Notes: generated by a model from the sequence alone, not told the origin. 64,000 bases of DNA from Nymphaea colorata (GCF_008831285.2 NC_045138.2:23126001-23190000); one strand, 5' to 3'; shown: positions 26,071 to 40,020, counted from the stretch's first letter. Numbers and translations: made by a program.

Positions 26071-29000
26071 ATGCATAAGTTTGAAGATCAATTCTTATTC
26101 ACTCACACATGTTTTTAGTTCTGCAAAAGACAGGTATTAGGTAATACTTCTTTTTTCTAGTAACTCTATATTTTCCGTAAGCTACATAGTACGTCACATA
26201 ATGATGACATAAATACCTCAAAGATTTACAGAAGACCGAGCTCTAGATCCTTCAGTACATCTCTGAGTTACGAGATCGACATGTGTTGCTAAGTGAGCAC
26301 AACTTTCTGATGAAAAATTGTCCACTAAAATTCTTCTAGTAAAACAAATTGTGTCCACTGAAAAATGTGTAGAAATACATAGTTTTGTACATACAAGAAA
26401 ATTTTTTATACTTACAAAATTTTCAAAAATTAAAGAAAATGCTAAACTTTTGAAAATTTTAAGATTTTACTTGTAAAAGATGTGAGTTTACAAAACTTAT
26501 AAAAGTTGTAAGTTTATAAAGAATAAAAGTAGTATGGAAGTGTTGAAAAAAGTTTCTTTGAAATTTATGAAAATGCCTTAGTCTTAGTATGACATGTTAA
26601 ACATTGTGTGAAATAGAAATAATTGTTATGATGCTCATGAACATTTCAAACAGTTTAAAAAATTCACCAAAAACTTTGAAAAAGTGTTAGCAAAGCAAAG
26701 TAGTAACAATTGTCGAAATCTTGTTATTAAAAAAAATATTTATAAGAAATTATACTTGTAAAATTTACAAAAGTTAAAGAATGTACAAAACGTTTGAAGT
26801 TTTCAAGATTTTTTTGTTATATATCTGTATTTACAAAACTCATGAAAATTGTGAGTTGTATAAATTAGAAAGAGTTTGAAAGTTTAAGAGCTTTGAAAAC
26901 TAAAAACTTTTATCATGCACAAACAAATTTCTGATAATGCAAAAGTTTTGCTAAAAATTTTAAAAATGTCTTATCATATAAAACCCAAAACAATGATCAA
27001 AACCATAAAAAAATCAGAATTTTTTGTGCAATTAACAATATTTTAAAAAATCAAAAGTCAAAGAAAGTAGTAAGCTTTTGAAATTGTAAAGCATGTGAAT
27101 GCTGTGAGTTTTGCAAATTAAAACTATTTAAAATTATTTAAACAATTTTTACTAAAATTTGTTAAGTTAGAGAAAAAGCTGTAAGAGTTTTATAAAGGAG
27201 AAATATTTTGAAAGGACACTTGCCAAAATTTTCAAAAATTGAAGAATGTGGTAAGCTTTTGATGAATTTAAATAGTGCAAAAGCTTCACAAAACTATTTA
27301 AGAATGTGCTATCTTCTTATAAAGCTGAAACCATTGTCAAAATTGCACAAAATGTTCAAAAAATTTATGAGTTAAAAACAACATGTGAATTTTTTTTCAA
27401 AACATAAAGAACATTTCGAGCTTTTGAAAATTTCAGAAAAGTGTAATTAAAATTTGTCAAATTCTTCAAAAAGATTGTAGTCCTTGGAGAACATATAAAA
27501 TAATTCATAAAATAAAAATTACTGTTATGATGTTTAGCAACTTTTCAAATAGTGCAAAGAATTTTAATAGAAACTTTTAGAATGTTATCTCAGAAAATCC
27601 GAAACAATTGCCAAATTTCTCGAAAGTGAAAAAATTTAATAAGTTCAAAAATGTAAAATTTTCAAAAACTGAAAAATGTGTTAAGCCTTTGAAATTCTCA
27701 TGATTTTACTTGTAATGCCTGAGTTCACAAAACTTGAGAAAGTTGTGAATTTTGTAAATTAGTCAGTTTGAATATAAGAGTTTGTAGACTAGAAATATGG
27801 GAACATGATAATCTTGACGGTCTCCTCTCCAAAATTGTTTATGTAAATGCTAGAACAAATATCAAAGAACTCATCTTGGTGTTTATGGGCATTTTCGTCA
27901 GACAACTTATGAAATGACGGTGACGGTAACATCTGAATCAAGTGGAGTTCAACCTAAAAGTTTGCTGTAATCTCACGTCTTTTGATTGCAAGATTTATTG
28001 TTAGGATGCAGGAATAAAACTATTCTTTGAATGGGGGTCAAGAGGAGGATTTCATGCAAGGTCAACTTCAGCAATACTATTCTATATGCATGGGAATCAT
28101 ATAATTCGAATATTATTGTAAGTGAACATAACATTTTAAAGATTTTTCTATCATGAATCAGCTGAGACCCTCCCTATATGATGATATTTAATAATTTAGT
28201 TCAATTAGCTTAATTCTATGGTGTTATTAGTCCAATATGTGTCATAGACACATGGGGCTGTCTAACCAATTGTAATGCAGCTTTATGATGTGCTCAGTAA
28301 CTGCCTTTTCTTGTAGTGTAATTTATTTTAATTGATGCATTAAACACCAAGTTCATGCTAATCTGGGAAGCAGCATATACCTCATCCACCTGGAGGCATG
28401 AACCATGTGCCTCATCGCAATCAAATTAAAAGTTTAAAGGTTTCAAAAACAGTTCCCATGAAATAGAACTTTGGGGACTAATATATTTAAAATTAACGAA
28501 AACTGACATAATCTGGATATGAAGCAATTCAACTTCTAGACGTTTGATTGCAAAATCATAAAAACAAAGCCAATTCTCCAATCACCACCACTTATAACAG
28601 TCAAAGCCATTGCAGATACAAAGCCAAAATTCCGATTCCATGAAAGAACACATACAGATGGGTATTAGAAAGGCTTAGGAAAGTGTGGTTTTCAGCAACA
28701 GTCAGTTAACATTCATGTCATCCACGGAAAAATTCCCCAGCATGGTAAAATAATAATGGAGGACTATGAAAATAATAGCTAGTGAAAGTTATAAAAAAGA
28801 GGGAAAATACATGACACAAACAAAGGGAATCGAATACAAATCAGCCAAGTGAATAATCGATTCATGGGTACGTGGAAGAAACTTAATGGAGCAGAAAAGA
28901 TCTATTGCAACTTTAGGGAATCGAGTAGAATGATGCATCCGCAATAAAATTCATGTTGTCAAGAGACGAAACAAAACGATTCAAGATTGAAAGCGACGAA

Positions 29001-29569
29001 AAAGGAATAAGAAATTGAATGCTAAACAACACGAATAAGATGAAAAAATGAGAAAGAAGAAGAGAAGAGTTTATATAACGAGCAGTGGTTTGGATACGGA
29101 GGGAAAGAAAACGAAACGAACAATACCTAAATTCGGCATTAGGTACTTTGGTCGTCAGGCCAATGAACGCCCAAGCCCGACGACTGACAAGCAATTTACG
29201 AGGATTAGGTATAGAGGCCGGATTTCATTAAATGTCGAAAAAGTAGTATTACTAAGTGAATGCCAGAATTAAGAGGAGCGTTGGGATGTACAGTTGAGGG
29301 CAATAGAATAGTGATCTTTTCCAATTACTGTTCTGATGTCGAGGGCATCCAAATGAAATTAAGAACAGAACATATATAGAATTTATGGGTCTGGCCATTC
29401 GATATGGCCGACCGTGCAGAGTGTGCCACTGATGCCAGCCATTTTCCCAATGCTGGCTTTATAAATGAGAGTCATAATTAATACCTAGAGTCCGTTTGAT
29501 TTGTTGGAATTTTTATGTAGCGGTGGAACTTTAATTCAAATTTTCAAAAAAGTTTCAAATCCATAGACT

Positions 29570-32500
29570 TGATATTGCACAAAGCAAACTACACAAAACC
29601 ACCAAAGCGGTGAACTCCATAGTAGCTTTTGGGGTGGTGAGGAATTTTCCCCAAGAGTGAAGGGTGGCTCAAAAAGAAAATAAAAATTCAAAAGCAAAAG
29701 CAAATAGGTGAAAAACTAAAAAAGAAAAAAGAAAAAAAAAGGAGGACTTGCCGATGGTCTAGAAGACGTCAAGGGCTAAGTTCTCCAACCATCGAATGCA
29801 AAAGCTTTCACAATTACAAAATTATTCAACAAACATTAATTCCTCTACAAAGTCTCCAATGAAATGGAGGAAAATCTTCATATTTTAGGTCTATGCCTAG
29901 CATTTCCCCTCGAGTGAGGATGCTTAAACATCATTTGAAAATTGGATTTTTCAATTTCAATTTCCAAAAATTTGGTGTGTAAATCTTTGCTATTAAGCAA
30001 ATTCTTCAACTTGCTTAAGAGCAAAAAAGGGCATCTGTTAACACCCCAAATTTTTTCACATTAAAATTGAAGCAATGTGAAAATTTCACAAAATAATCGT
30101 GAAAATTTGTAATTTCAAAGCCAATTTCGAACTTAAACACAATTTGGGTTCAAACCATGAATTTGACTCGTGATACGAATCCCAATGCAAGATTACGAGT
30201 CCAAATTCAATTACAAATATCTTTTGACATCCAAATTCAATTGCAAATGTCATTTGACATCCAAATTCGATTGAAAATGTCATTTGACATCCAAATCCAA
30301 TTGTAAATGTCATTTAAAATCCAAAATCCAATTGCAAAATCCAAATTTTGATTTAAATCCAAGAATTGGATCTATTCAGTCTAGAATGCCACGTGGGTGT
30401 GGGCCCCACCTAGCCGTATGGTCCAAGAGCCCCTCCAGGGGTCATGCCCCCATTGAAAAAAATAATAAATTCTCCCAATTAAATGAAGAAAAGTCACTTT
30501 CAAGGAGAAATGAATGAGAAACGTAGGAAAAGATAAACATTTATGCATTTCTCTCTTCTTTAACTAGGTCTTTTTTAAAGGGTTTTCAATCTTCGAAAAG
30601 CAATAACTAGGCTGGTCAAACCCACTTAATTCAAGTAGGTTCGACCCTAGTGCACCAAAATCTCAGCTAGGCTCAGTCAACATGAGCTCAGCTTGGCAAG
30701 AAAATGTAGGTCTGTCTCACGATCCCAATAATGGACGAAAATAGACTTTGACCGAACTAAACCCACTTTCACTAAACTCAGACAAAGTATAATTTAGCTC
30801 AATTAAGAGCTTTCTTGGCTCAAATTTATCAAATTACCTTAAACAAAGTCAAACTAATCACAAATGAGCTTGGCCAATTGGTCGAAATAGACAAATCTGG
30901 ACAATTTTGCCATTCTATGGTCAAATTGAGATTACAGAGCCCAAATTGGTTTATGAAAGACAAATAAACATATGGACCTATCAAATGCGTAAAGAAAATA
31001 CCTAATTAAAATTCAATTTTTCAAACGAAAGTTTGATTCAGTTTAAGTCCGTTTTCAATCAAATTATAGATGAAAATACCCTTTGGAGCCAAATTTGATA
31101 GAATTTTCAAATTTTATTCAAATTTAAATTGGATTATCATAATTCAATGGCATTTGGAGTTTAATAACTAGGTTTTAACCTAACGAGCTCGATCTCAAAC
31201 AAAGAAAAAAATAAATAGCACAAAATAAGGTAAAACCCTTGAGGACAATTTCGTCCAAAATTTTGATCAAAGTTGGTCAGCTAGGTCTGAACCAAGGTTG
31301 GCCACGCCTAGCTCAGCCCACCTAGCTCATGCAAATGGGCTAATAATGATTAAATAGAGCCATTAAAAACTCATTTAATCCATTTTCCATCTCCCTAAGC
31401 CTTGATTAATCTTCCAAAGCAAATTAAAGGAGGTGTTTAAACCCACCTCCTCCTCTATATAAACCTCCCCTTGGCCACCAAGGGGGAGGACTAAAATTTC
31501 AAGTATTCCATCAAGTTGTTGCAGCCAAAGAGCTAGGAGAGAGAAGCCAAGGAAGAGAGGAGAGATTCCCTCTTCCCCCTTTTCTCTTATTTTCTTCTTC
31601 ATTTTCTTCTATTCTTTCCATTGATTTTGCTAAGTTAGGGTACTTAAGTGAACCCTTACTTAGGATTTTCGTGGTGAGAAACATTCTTTCCTACTACAAA
31701 TTCCAGCAAGCAAGCTATTCTTCTTCTAGCTTTGTTAAGCTCGAATCCAAGCTTGGATTCTTGCTTAGGACTACTCGATTTAGAAGACAAGTGAATGCGA
31801 AGATCAAGTATCAAGACCGACCGCAAGGTAGGTGATTGAAACCTATTTCTCATCTATTTTGGCTTCTCGTTTGTTCAACTTAATTCTAGCAATTCATGGG
31901 AGGGCTTATTTTCATTTGTTTCATGGCTAGGAATGATGTCCAGCTAGGGAAAACCTACGATTAAATGTACATGTTAATGCATAATGCATGCATACATCGG
32001 CTTTTTTTTTCTTAAAGATGAAACCATGTATCAAATTTTGAAAAGGGCCCCAAGGCCACATCCCTTTCAAAACAACTAATGGACTCTCCACCATGAGGGA
32101 ATCCCACGGTGAGAGAGTGATTTTGCTGCAATATATATATGACGAAAAAAAGCCTATTAAGGATGGATGCATTCTCATGAATGTAATCCACCTTTGCATG
32201 GCGAAACTAAGGAGGAACTAGCTTGAGCATTCATTTATCTCTTTCTATTTAAAGTTATTTTGTTTCATGCTTTATTTAATTGATCAAAGGTAGTAGGGGA
32301 GATTTGAAACAAGTTTTCAATCCTCCTACGTAAAAGAACCCAGCCATGAATCATCATGATTCATGAGTCATGTGGTCCCATGATAAAATTTCATTTTGAA
32401 GAGTGAGGTACGTATATGTATACATTGTTATATATACATATATGTGTTCAATCTCTTGTTAAAAATTGTTTTCCTCTCTTGAAATCGGGTTGGAACACAT

Positions 32501-32603
32501 TTCCAAACTGGTTTTAAGAAAACGGATCATTTTGATTTTCATAATACCAAGTTATGAGATCATTTTCATTTCATTTTAAAATTTGCTTAATTTCAGCTCA
32601 GGG
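29570..32603 (+). mobile_element. Tat/Ogre-like gypsy 3' region, PPT and truncated LTR (copy 2)
   Basis: GCAAAAAAGGGCATC followed by TGTTAACACCCC at ~30036. Paralogous to 10780-14081. Confidence 0.6.
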
Positions 32604-32979
32604 CCTTTGTCATGAACATGTGTTTGTGTGTGTCTCTCTTTCATACCCAAGTAGAAAGACACATGTGCACATGCACAAGTATTGAAAAACATGTATTTGT
32701 TGATGTGCAGCTATTGCTTGAATTCTTATGGCATTCCTAAAATATCACAATGCAGGTGGGATATGGCTGAGTGGTGTATTAGTGCAGCCTAGAAGGCTAG
32801 AACGGTGGCTTATGGGCTCACTGTTCAAATGTGCATATATTGTGTTTTTATTTTCAGAGCTAAAGCTAACATGTCAATTCATACAGTTAAAAGCATGCTT
32901 TCTTTTTGTCCTCATAGCTAAATCTTAGTTATGAGATCTAATTGCAGGACTTGCCTTTGTTTGCTCAATTTTATTGCAG

Positions 32980-33126
32980 GTGGGACATTTGCATTGTACT
33001 CACTGATATGCAAGCATGTAAAGCTCCGTCTTCTTCCAAACCAATTTTCATCTGATGCTTGTATCAAGTTCAACTGAAGGTGCCACCTCCACAGCTTGTG
33101 ATGTCAATAACGATTAAAGAAAGGAG
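32980..33126 (+). pseudogene. KUP7: KT/KUP/HAK potassium transporter exon fragment (duplicate of 14259-14405)
   Basis: GGTFALYSLICKHVKLRLLPNQFSSDACI, the same frameshift, then LKVPPPQLVMSITIKER. Confidence 0.88.
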
Positions 33127-34962
33127 GTATGTAAGCTTCATTGTCACTGAAAAGGATGTTCTCGTTTGTTCTTGTTGGTACTTGATAGAAGTGTCCACTG
33201 TCTTTTGATGTCATTGTTGAACTTCTCCAAGATAGTAAGGGTTCAACTAGATATAGGATTTTAATGCTACTATGTTACTATGTTCTAATTTCACTTTGTT
33301 TTTGACTTTTTTTATGGAACATGCAATTGCTTTATAGATTACCACAATTATGGTGTGCCTATGAATTATTTTTTCCTCCAAAATATTTCACACATTTGAT
33401 GTAGAAGGTTTGCAGTCATATGGGTTCAAGCTGGACTTTGGCAAGTTCTTGTATGAAAACCGCTGTATTATAACAATTTTTTTTCCTTGTACACGTGAAA
33501 ATCTAATTATGAAGGAAAATGAAGAAATTGAAGAAACATGAGAAAGTGACTTAAAGTAGAAGAGACCATATTCTCGTCCATGCAGTTGATCGCCACAACT
33601 TCTCTTTACCAGGGGGGACTCCTCATCTCCTGAACATTGAAGGCTGCTTTTGAAAATTGCCATAAGCACAGCTTTCCATTTTGCTCTTATTTTCTTTCTG
33701 CTGTGAGCATCTGTGATTGGTCTAGTTGTCATGACCAGTGACCACTTTGACGATTCTGCAATAGAAGATGCCAGATATTAGGGGCTGTTTGGCCATCATC
33801 TTGATCAAAAGAGAAACAGATTATGAATCGTTGGTGTGGATCAAATTGCTGGCAAACTACGGTGGATGTAGACTTGCCATTTATCACTTTTTTGTTATTT
33901 TCTCAAGTCTTTTAAGATTTTTCTTATTTATATATTATTTATTCTTCGACAAAAGTAGATAATATTTGTTTCTAAGCCCAACTGATTGAGTCTTTGAATC
34001 AGCCAATTTACCAAATGGGCACCCTAACCAATTTGATTCACAGTGAGATTTTTATAACACTGATTAAGACTTGATAGGAAAAGTGCTCATTGGCATACTG
34101 GATTCTTACCAAAACTGGTTTGGGGAGCACCAGTAGCAAGTCATTGATGTGCTACACTGATGGACTTTGTGTGTGGTATTCAGCATCAATCTGTTTCACT
34201 TACCTCAGTTCTTAATAAGCTGTGGATTGGACAATTGTTCTTGTGAATTTGGCTTGGAACTTGATCAATGAATGGTATACTTATTAATCCCGTTAGACTG
34301 ACTATGTTCTCCTGTTTTCTTTTTTTCTTCGCATGACTAGAATAAAAAGTCTTTTTCATAGCCATGTATTTCTGTAATCTACTTTCATAGCAATGTCTTG
34401 TACTAGTGAGTGTAATAATGGTAAATTTGTCTGTTGTTGCAAGGTTGTATATTCAATCTAGGTGCTATAAGTTGTAGATCCTAGGTGATGATGGGAATCC
34501 CCTTGTAAGTGTTTAGTATTTCTTTGCAATTATGTAATTTATATGGGCAGTTGCTTTTCTACTAACTAGATGTGCACTTGTATAAATCTTGTTCATGCTT
34601 GCTAGTGGACCACACAATTGATGACATGCCCATAACCAGGTAACTAGGTAAAGTTTTGAATTTCTAATTATTTGTATAACATGTTTAGTGTGCCACTCAA
34701 TGCGTAGGCTGCAGCTGGTGCTTTTGATTATATAGGTTCTAATACATGAGATCACACCAACATCTGCAGGCACTAATATAAGCTACACAAGAGAATATGC
34801 TACAATTAAAGAACTACTTAGAAAAGTAAATTGAACAAAAAAAGGCCACGTAGATACCTGACCCGAGTCACCCATCAATTTCAAATGCCTATGGGAATGC
34901 TCTGAACCTCTGAACGGAACCAAATTTGTGATACCATTTTGGCTGGAGATAAGAAATTGTGC

Positions 34963-37398
34963 CATCAAGCTCTAACATGCTTCGCAAACTGACACACATC
35001 ACAAGATAACATGGAAATATTCAAACTGGAACATAATTCAGGGAACAATTGTTTCAAAATCCCAAAAGGGAGATGACCAAGGCGTTCATGCCAATACAAA
35101 AATAACTGACGACAGTCTTCTTTCTTCTTCTCTGTCCTGCTAACTGCTGACATAAGAGCTGCGGCAACGTGTATAGGAAGCTGATACAAGCCATCAGTCA
35201 CCAAACCAATCCCAATCTTCTTCCCTATCACCAAGTCCTGCAAAACACAACGTTTTTCAGAAAATATAAATTCACAGTTCAGTTCCTTGGTAATCTTGCT
35301 AACAGATAAAAGATTTAGGGGAAGATGGGGAACATGCAAGGCTCCATGCACTAAAGAATTGTTCAACAAAGAAAGACTCCCTTTTCCTGCCATAGAGGTA
35401 AAGGAACCATCAGCAAGGGATACACGTTCCTTTCCCGAGGATAGCTTGTAGTCATGAAAGAGTTTGGGGTTGCCAGTCATGTGATGAGTGGCACCGCTAT
35501 CAACAATCCACTCCCCCATGCAAGAAGTACCTTTTTCACCCGAAACGGCCAGTGCCTGATTGACCTTCACCTCATCTGACGTGTCTGCCTGACCAACATC
35601 AATCTGGCTCAAATATGCAATCCGTTCCATAGAAATAAAAACTTTACCATCACTAGGGTTCATTGCATTCGAAACAGGCTTCTTCCCACCAGAAGACCTC
35701 CCCCTACTATTCTTCTTGTCTGGATGCAGGTCCCAACAAAACTCCATAGTGTGACCTAGTTTTTTGCAGTGAGTACATTTACGGGAGGAACAGGTAGTTC
35801 CCATAGAGGCATGGCTAACGAAGGCCGACCGTTCATTGTGAGACATGTGATCCCCCTTTCTCCCATTTATGACCAGCCGCCTTTGCTCTTCAGCTTCAAC
35901 ATGAGAATAAACATCTTCAATACTGAATGATTCTTCAGAGTTAAGAATCTGACTCCTTATATTTTCGAATTCATCGTTCAGTCCGGCTAAGAAAAGGAAT
36001 ATTCTCTTCTCCCACTCCTTGGTCATATAATGCATTTGGTCTTGAGGACAACTCCAGATATCATCAGAATGGTAGTTAAGATCCTCCCACTTAGATTTTA
36101 ATGTGGCGTAGAAATCAGCGATCGAGAGATCCTCTTGTCGAAGAGCATACAAGTCCTTCATTAGTTGATACACATGAACTTTTCTCTTCTTTTGACCATA
36201 CATTTGTTCCAAAATAATCCACATATCTCTGGCAGTCTTCTTACGAAAAATGAGAGGTTGAATGTCCGAGGATACTGAACTAACAATCCACGTTTTTACT
36301 TGGTTGTCCTCAAGAAACCAAGTATCTCAAGTCATACTATTTGCAGCAGGTTCAACCTTACTCCCATTCACATAGGCAATACGGCCTCGACCAGCTATAC
36401 CCATAGTGATGGCAGCAGACCACTTATGGTAAGACGGATGATAGTAACCTGAACCTAAACATTCTCAGTTCTATAAGCCCTGATTTCAGTCTGACCAGTG
36501 CTGACGGTCAAAGAGGAAGATGCTACCATGATCACGAACCATGCTACAGCAACAAAAAAATGGCACCAACGTCAACAGAGAGCACTGACAGCATTCCTGT
36601 CAAGCTCCCTACAGCACATTGATGTCTTCCCATCTTAGTCTGATGTGGCCATGTTTACTCCAAGTTCCCAAATTGGCAAATCTAGAAAAGCATAGAGTAA
36701 CCGGTTCTTGACCCGGCCCGCACGCGGTCCTTTGTTTTTTAAACTTGTCCCTCGGTCTATTTTTTCTCTCTCTCTCTGATCTTGAAAAGGGCAAGAACAC
36801 GGATCTTGAAAAGGGCAAGAACGCGGTCTGTTTTCCTGCTGCGTGATCGCAACAGCAATGGAGATCATGCTGCATGGAGATCAGGGTTTCGCTGAATCTG
36901 CAATGGAGGTGGAGGTTCTGGTGCCAGCAATGAAGGTGAGGGTCGAGTCGCAAATCAAGGTGAGGGTCGAGTCGCAAATTAAGGTGAGGGTCGACTCACA
37001 AATCAAGGTTCTCTAGCAATGATGTTTTCCCTCGCTTTTTAAAATTGTCCCTTCTCTCTTAGGATTGTCGATCTTTTTTCATCTAAGCTTGCTTTTCTTG
37101 CTGCGCGAACGCAACAGCAATGGAGATCAGAGTTTCGCTGAATCTGCAATAGAGGAGGTTTTGGTGCCATCCCATCCAATCGAATCTGCAATTAAGGTGA
37201 AGGTCAAGGTTCTCTAGCAATGAAGGTGAGGGTCTGAGTCGCAAATCAAGGTTCACTGGAGAGATCTAGCAATGGTCCACCGGAAAATCAGAATCATCTT
37301 TTGGTTCGCCAGGGACGAGTTCAACCTCTCCAAGGCCAAATCAGGTACAGTTCCGCAAAGAGAGTGAATGCTTAAATCTGTGATGTCACTGGCTCTGA
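34963..37398 (-). mobile_element. Truncated Ty1/copia retrotransposon (5' leader, gag, protease, GAG-pre-integrase)
   Basis: ORF 34965-36224 has the gag motif FLAGLNDEFENIRSQIL, zinc knuckle CTHCKKLGHTMEFC, protease WIVDSGATHHMT and WHERLGH...CDVCQFAKH. Probable start ATG at 36529. The leader carries 24-bp tandem repeats. A partial PBS (GGCTCTGA on +) lies at 37391-37398. No LTR, integrase core or RT. Confidence 0.92.
34965..36224 (-). CDS. Copia gag-pol fragment (419 aa open segment)
   Basis: Longest ORF in the window, with the motifs above. Truncated right after the integrase zinc-binding region. Confidence 0.9.
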   Translation of the reverse strand: MWIILEQMYGQKKRKVHVYQLMKDLYALRQEDLSIADFYATLKSKWEDLNYHSDDIWSCPQDQMHYMTKEWEKRIFLFLAGLNDEFENIRSQILNSEESFSIEDVYSHVEAEEQRRLVINGRKGDHMSHNERSAFVSHASMGTTCSSRKCTHCKKLGHTMEFCWDLHPDKKNSRGRSSGGKKPVSNAMNPSDGKVFISMERIAYLSQIDVGQADTSDEVKVNQALAVSGEKGTSCMGEWIVDSGATHHMTGNPKLFHDYKLSSGKERVSLADGSFTSMAGKGSLSLLNNSLVHGALHVPHLPLNLLSVSKITKELNCEFIFSEKRCVLQDLVIGKKIGIGLVTDGLYQLPIHVAAALMSAVSRTEKKKEDCRQLFLYWHERLGHLPFGILKQLFPELCSSLNISMLSCDVCQFAKHVRA

Positions 37399-37399
37399 G

Positions 37400-37800
37400 A
37401 GGTATCGTTCTCTTTCATTTTCCACTTAGGCCTCATTTTCTCCTTTCTTCTAGAATTTCTTCCAGAACCCTAATGTGGTTTTTCTTCTTGTTTTCTTGTC
37501 ATGTTTGGGAATGCCTATTGTTTTTCTTCTTGCACATCCACGAAAGATCGTTGCATTCAATTCCTCTGAGTTCAGCCTAAATGCCATTCATCTCTTGGCA
37601 GATACCTTTTTTGTTTTTCTTGCTTTTTTTCTTTTTTTTTTCTTTTGCATTCAGGTTTTTGCCCTTTTCTTTTTTTTTCTTTCTTGCTTTTGATTTTTTT
37701 TTTAGGCCAACCTTCACCTTTGAGGGAATACCTCACCACCCCAAACGGCAAAGACTACTACGGAGCTCTACCACTTCGGTGGTGATGTGAATCTCACCAT
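37400..37800 (-). mobile_element. Fragment related to the gypsy 3' internal region at ~10800-11000
   Basis: The reverse complement gives CACCGAAGTGGTAGAGCTCCGTAGTAG...TTTGGGGTGGTGAGGTATTCCCTCAAAGGTGAAGGTTGGC. This is similar to 10805-10875 CACCAAAGCGGTGGAACCCGATAGTAGCTTTTGGGGTGGTGAGGAATTTTCCCCAAGAGTGAAGGGTGGC. Confidence 0.6.
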
Positions 37801-37995
37801 TGTTCATTAAGATCCATGGTGCTCCTAGATCTACAGCGAAAGAAACACACTCTTGTTGATAGACTGAGCTTTGCTTTGAATCTTTTTAATTTTAACTCTC
37901 GCTCAACAAACAGATGCTGGTTCAACAGTTTTATTCTTGATGCTTGTATGGCTATTTTCTCTCCTTTCTAGATTGCTTGGTTATTCATATTTCAG

Positions 37996-38405
37996 ATGCA
38001 TCGGATGCCCAGAACATGACAAGGCTTTCTTCACAGGCAGATTTTTCTGACAAAAAATCATATCTAAAATGGCAGAAAAGGCAGGTTTGTGGTCTGTAGA
38101 TTCTTCATGTTGTAGTTGTGAGATCTTCTTTTCCAATCTAGGAGTGAACTTTTGCTTTTTCTGTTTTTCTTTAGTAGTTAAATATACTAGAAGAAGGACT
38201 TCTACACCATCCTACAATGCCATATGTTGAGTCAGACAGTCCTTTTGGCAAAGACTGAAGAATCTGAGGTATTGCCCCTGCACTTGCTGAAAGGCCTGCA
38301 GGTGGTGATCTTATAGGTGATGCCTATCACTAGGCAGATGGTTACCATCTTAATGTTAAATTATATGAGAAGCTGCTATATAATGTTTTTGTCATATTGG
38401 ACAAG
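37996..38405 (+). pseudogene. PATROL1: PATROL1 (Munc13/unc-13 homolog) multi-exon fragment
   Basis: Exon 37996-38084 reads RT*QGFL / ADFSDKKSYLKWQKRQ, followed by a GT-AG intron. From 38178 it reads LNILEEGLLHHP..VES / VLLAKTEESE / IAPALAERPAGGDLIGDAYH*ADGYHLNVKLYEKLLYNVF. This matches PATROL1 'EFSDKKAYLRWQKRQLN.L.EGL..HP' and 'LAERPARGDLTGEVCHWADGYHLNVRLYEKLL'. Stops and internal deletions are present. Confidence 0.88.
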
Positions 38406-39659
38406 TGAAATTGTTGGCAACGGTTAGCTAGGGGATGCATTAATTTGTTTGTCAAGCGAAATGAATTGTGGGGAGAAACCGAAAGCCGGCAAAAAAAAAT
38501 GTAGAATTTATTTTTGCAAGGATGGATTGTTAAGAATGGTGCGGAGCACCAACGGTCACGTTTTTGGCCCCCTTTGAATGATAGAGGGAACAAACGAAGT
38601 TTTGCACATAAATCAGGTTTTTGGAGAAATTAGATTTGCAAATAACTTGAACTTAACTCTTTCTTTTTGGATTTCAAAATTTCGGTTTGCAAAGAAAAAA
38701 TAAAGGTAGACCCTGGTCAATTCAGTTTCCATTTTATATATTGGCAATCCTCTGTAAAAGAAAGGTAGATCCTTTTCCTGCGTTTTGGCGAAGGTTGTGC
38801 AAATTGGTATAGGCATGATATCATTCTGATCGACTGGTGGCCAGAAAATGGTGGAGCTTCTCCCCCACCGTGAAGTGACCGTGAAGTGAATTAGATGGAA
38901 AGGGTGAAAACATTGCCCTCTCTCCCTGAAGTTTCAGAAACCTGATCTTCTTATCATATCAGCTAAGAGAACGGAAAAGTATGATTTTATATAAAAAAAA
39001 TTGGTTTGACTCTTGAAACCAAAATTTCAACCTGATTCCAGATGCGTTAGGCCTTTTCAAACCTCACGTAATCACTTAAAGGTAATAACGTAATCAAAGT
39101 TCATTTAGCCTAAGATGAAAATATTTTGCCTACCCAAACCTGGACCTAATTGTAATTCAATTCCCACACGGGACTTTGTGCAAAGCCTAGTTTACCTTAA
39201 TGACAGTGATAATATCAAAATGTGACCAGACCAAGTCAAACTCAATGTAAAATTAAAATGGGTTTACTCGGTTTTCACCATACTCTCTTTCATATATGAT
39301 TATATTTCAGTACAATGAGTTAAATTTATGTACCATAAGGCCTCGATTTGAAGCTTTTGAGTATTTTCAAACCTAAATAATCAATTACTTGGACATTAGG
39401 GATATGATATGATTTATGTTATCAATATTGCTCCTTATCCAAGCATATCGGCTGATAATTAAGCATTGTATTAGCCCCTATTGATATGATAAAAGACAAT
39501 GCTGGTTCTTTTTTATTATTTATCTTTTTGTTTGTCAATGAATTTGAAATATTTTGGAGTTTTTTTCAACTTATGAAGCAAAAAAAAAAAAGGTGATAGG
39601 CTTTAATCTTATTTAACAATACATTTCGGCCTTAAGCTGATACAATTTTTCACGACACT

Positions 39660-40020
39660 AATTGCTATGATGGTCCGGTGGCAAGATTTTCTATGGAAAG
39701 GGGGCTCCCAACAAGGAAGGTGCCTTGGAAATTTTCTTTGGTGACTTGGAAAAGGTTTTGTATGGCCTTATTAATATTGTTGCTACTTTATGAACTTTAT
39801 AATCGATGTGCAGTTATCTTGGAAGATCTCATGTGGTTCTTTTATGGTAGCATGAAGATGTCGTTGAGTTGAAGTTGGGTTCTTGTGCGTGTCTTACAGA
39901 GTGTTAAAACGGTTTCTTTGAGAGCTATCATTGGTTAAAGGTTATCAGAACTCCTATATTCATCTACTACTAAGGCTTGTTGACATGATGCCGAACTGCT
40001 GGAACTTTTGGAAAATCCGG
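39660..40020 (+). mobile_element. L1 LINE ORF2 (post-RT) remnant
   Basis: 'QDFLWKG' then, frameshifted, 'KFSLVTWKRFC', matching the plant L1 motif FLW.G....K.HLV.W..VC. Confidence 0.5.

Larger units (their letters stand above)
26324..34917 (+). repeat. Segmental duplication, copy 2 (paralogous to 7519-16280)
   Basis: Collinear with copy 1 apart from scattered SNPs/indels and an internal inversion. Confidence 0.95.
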
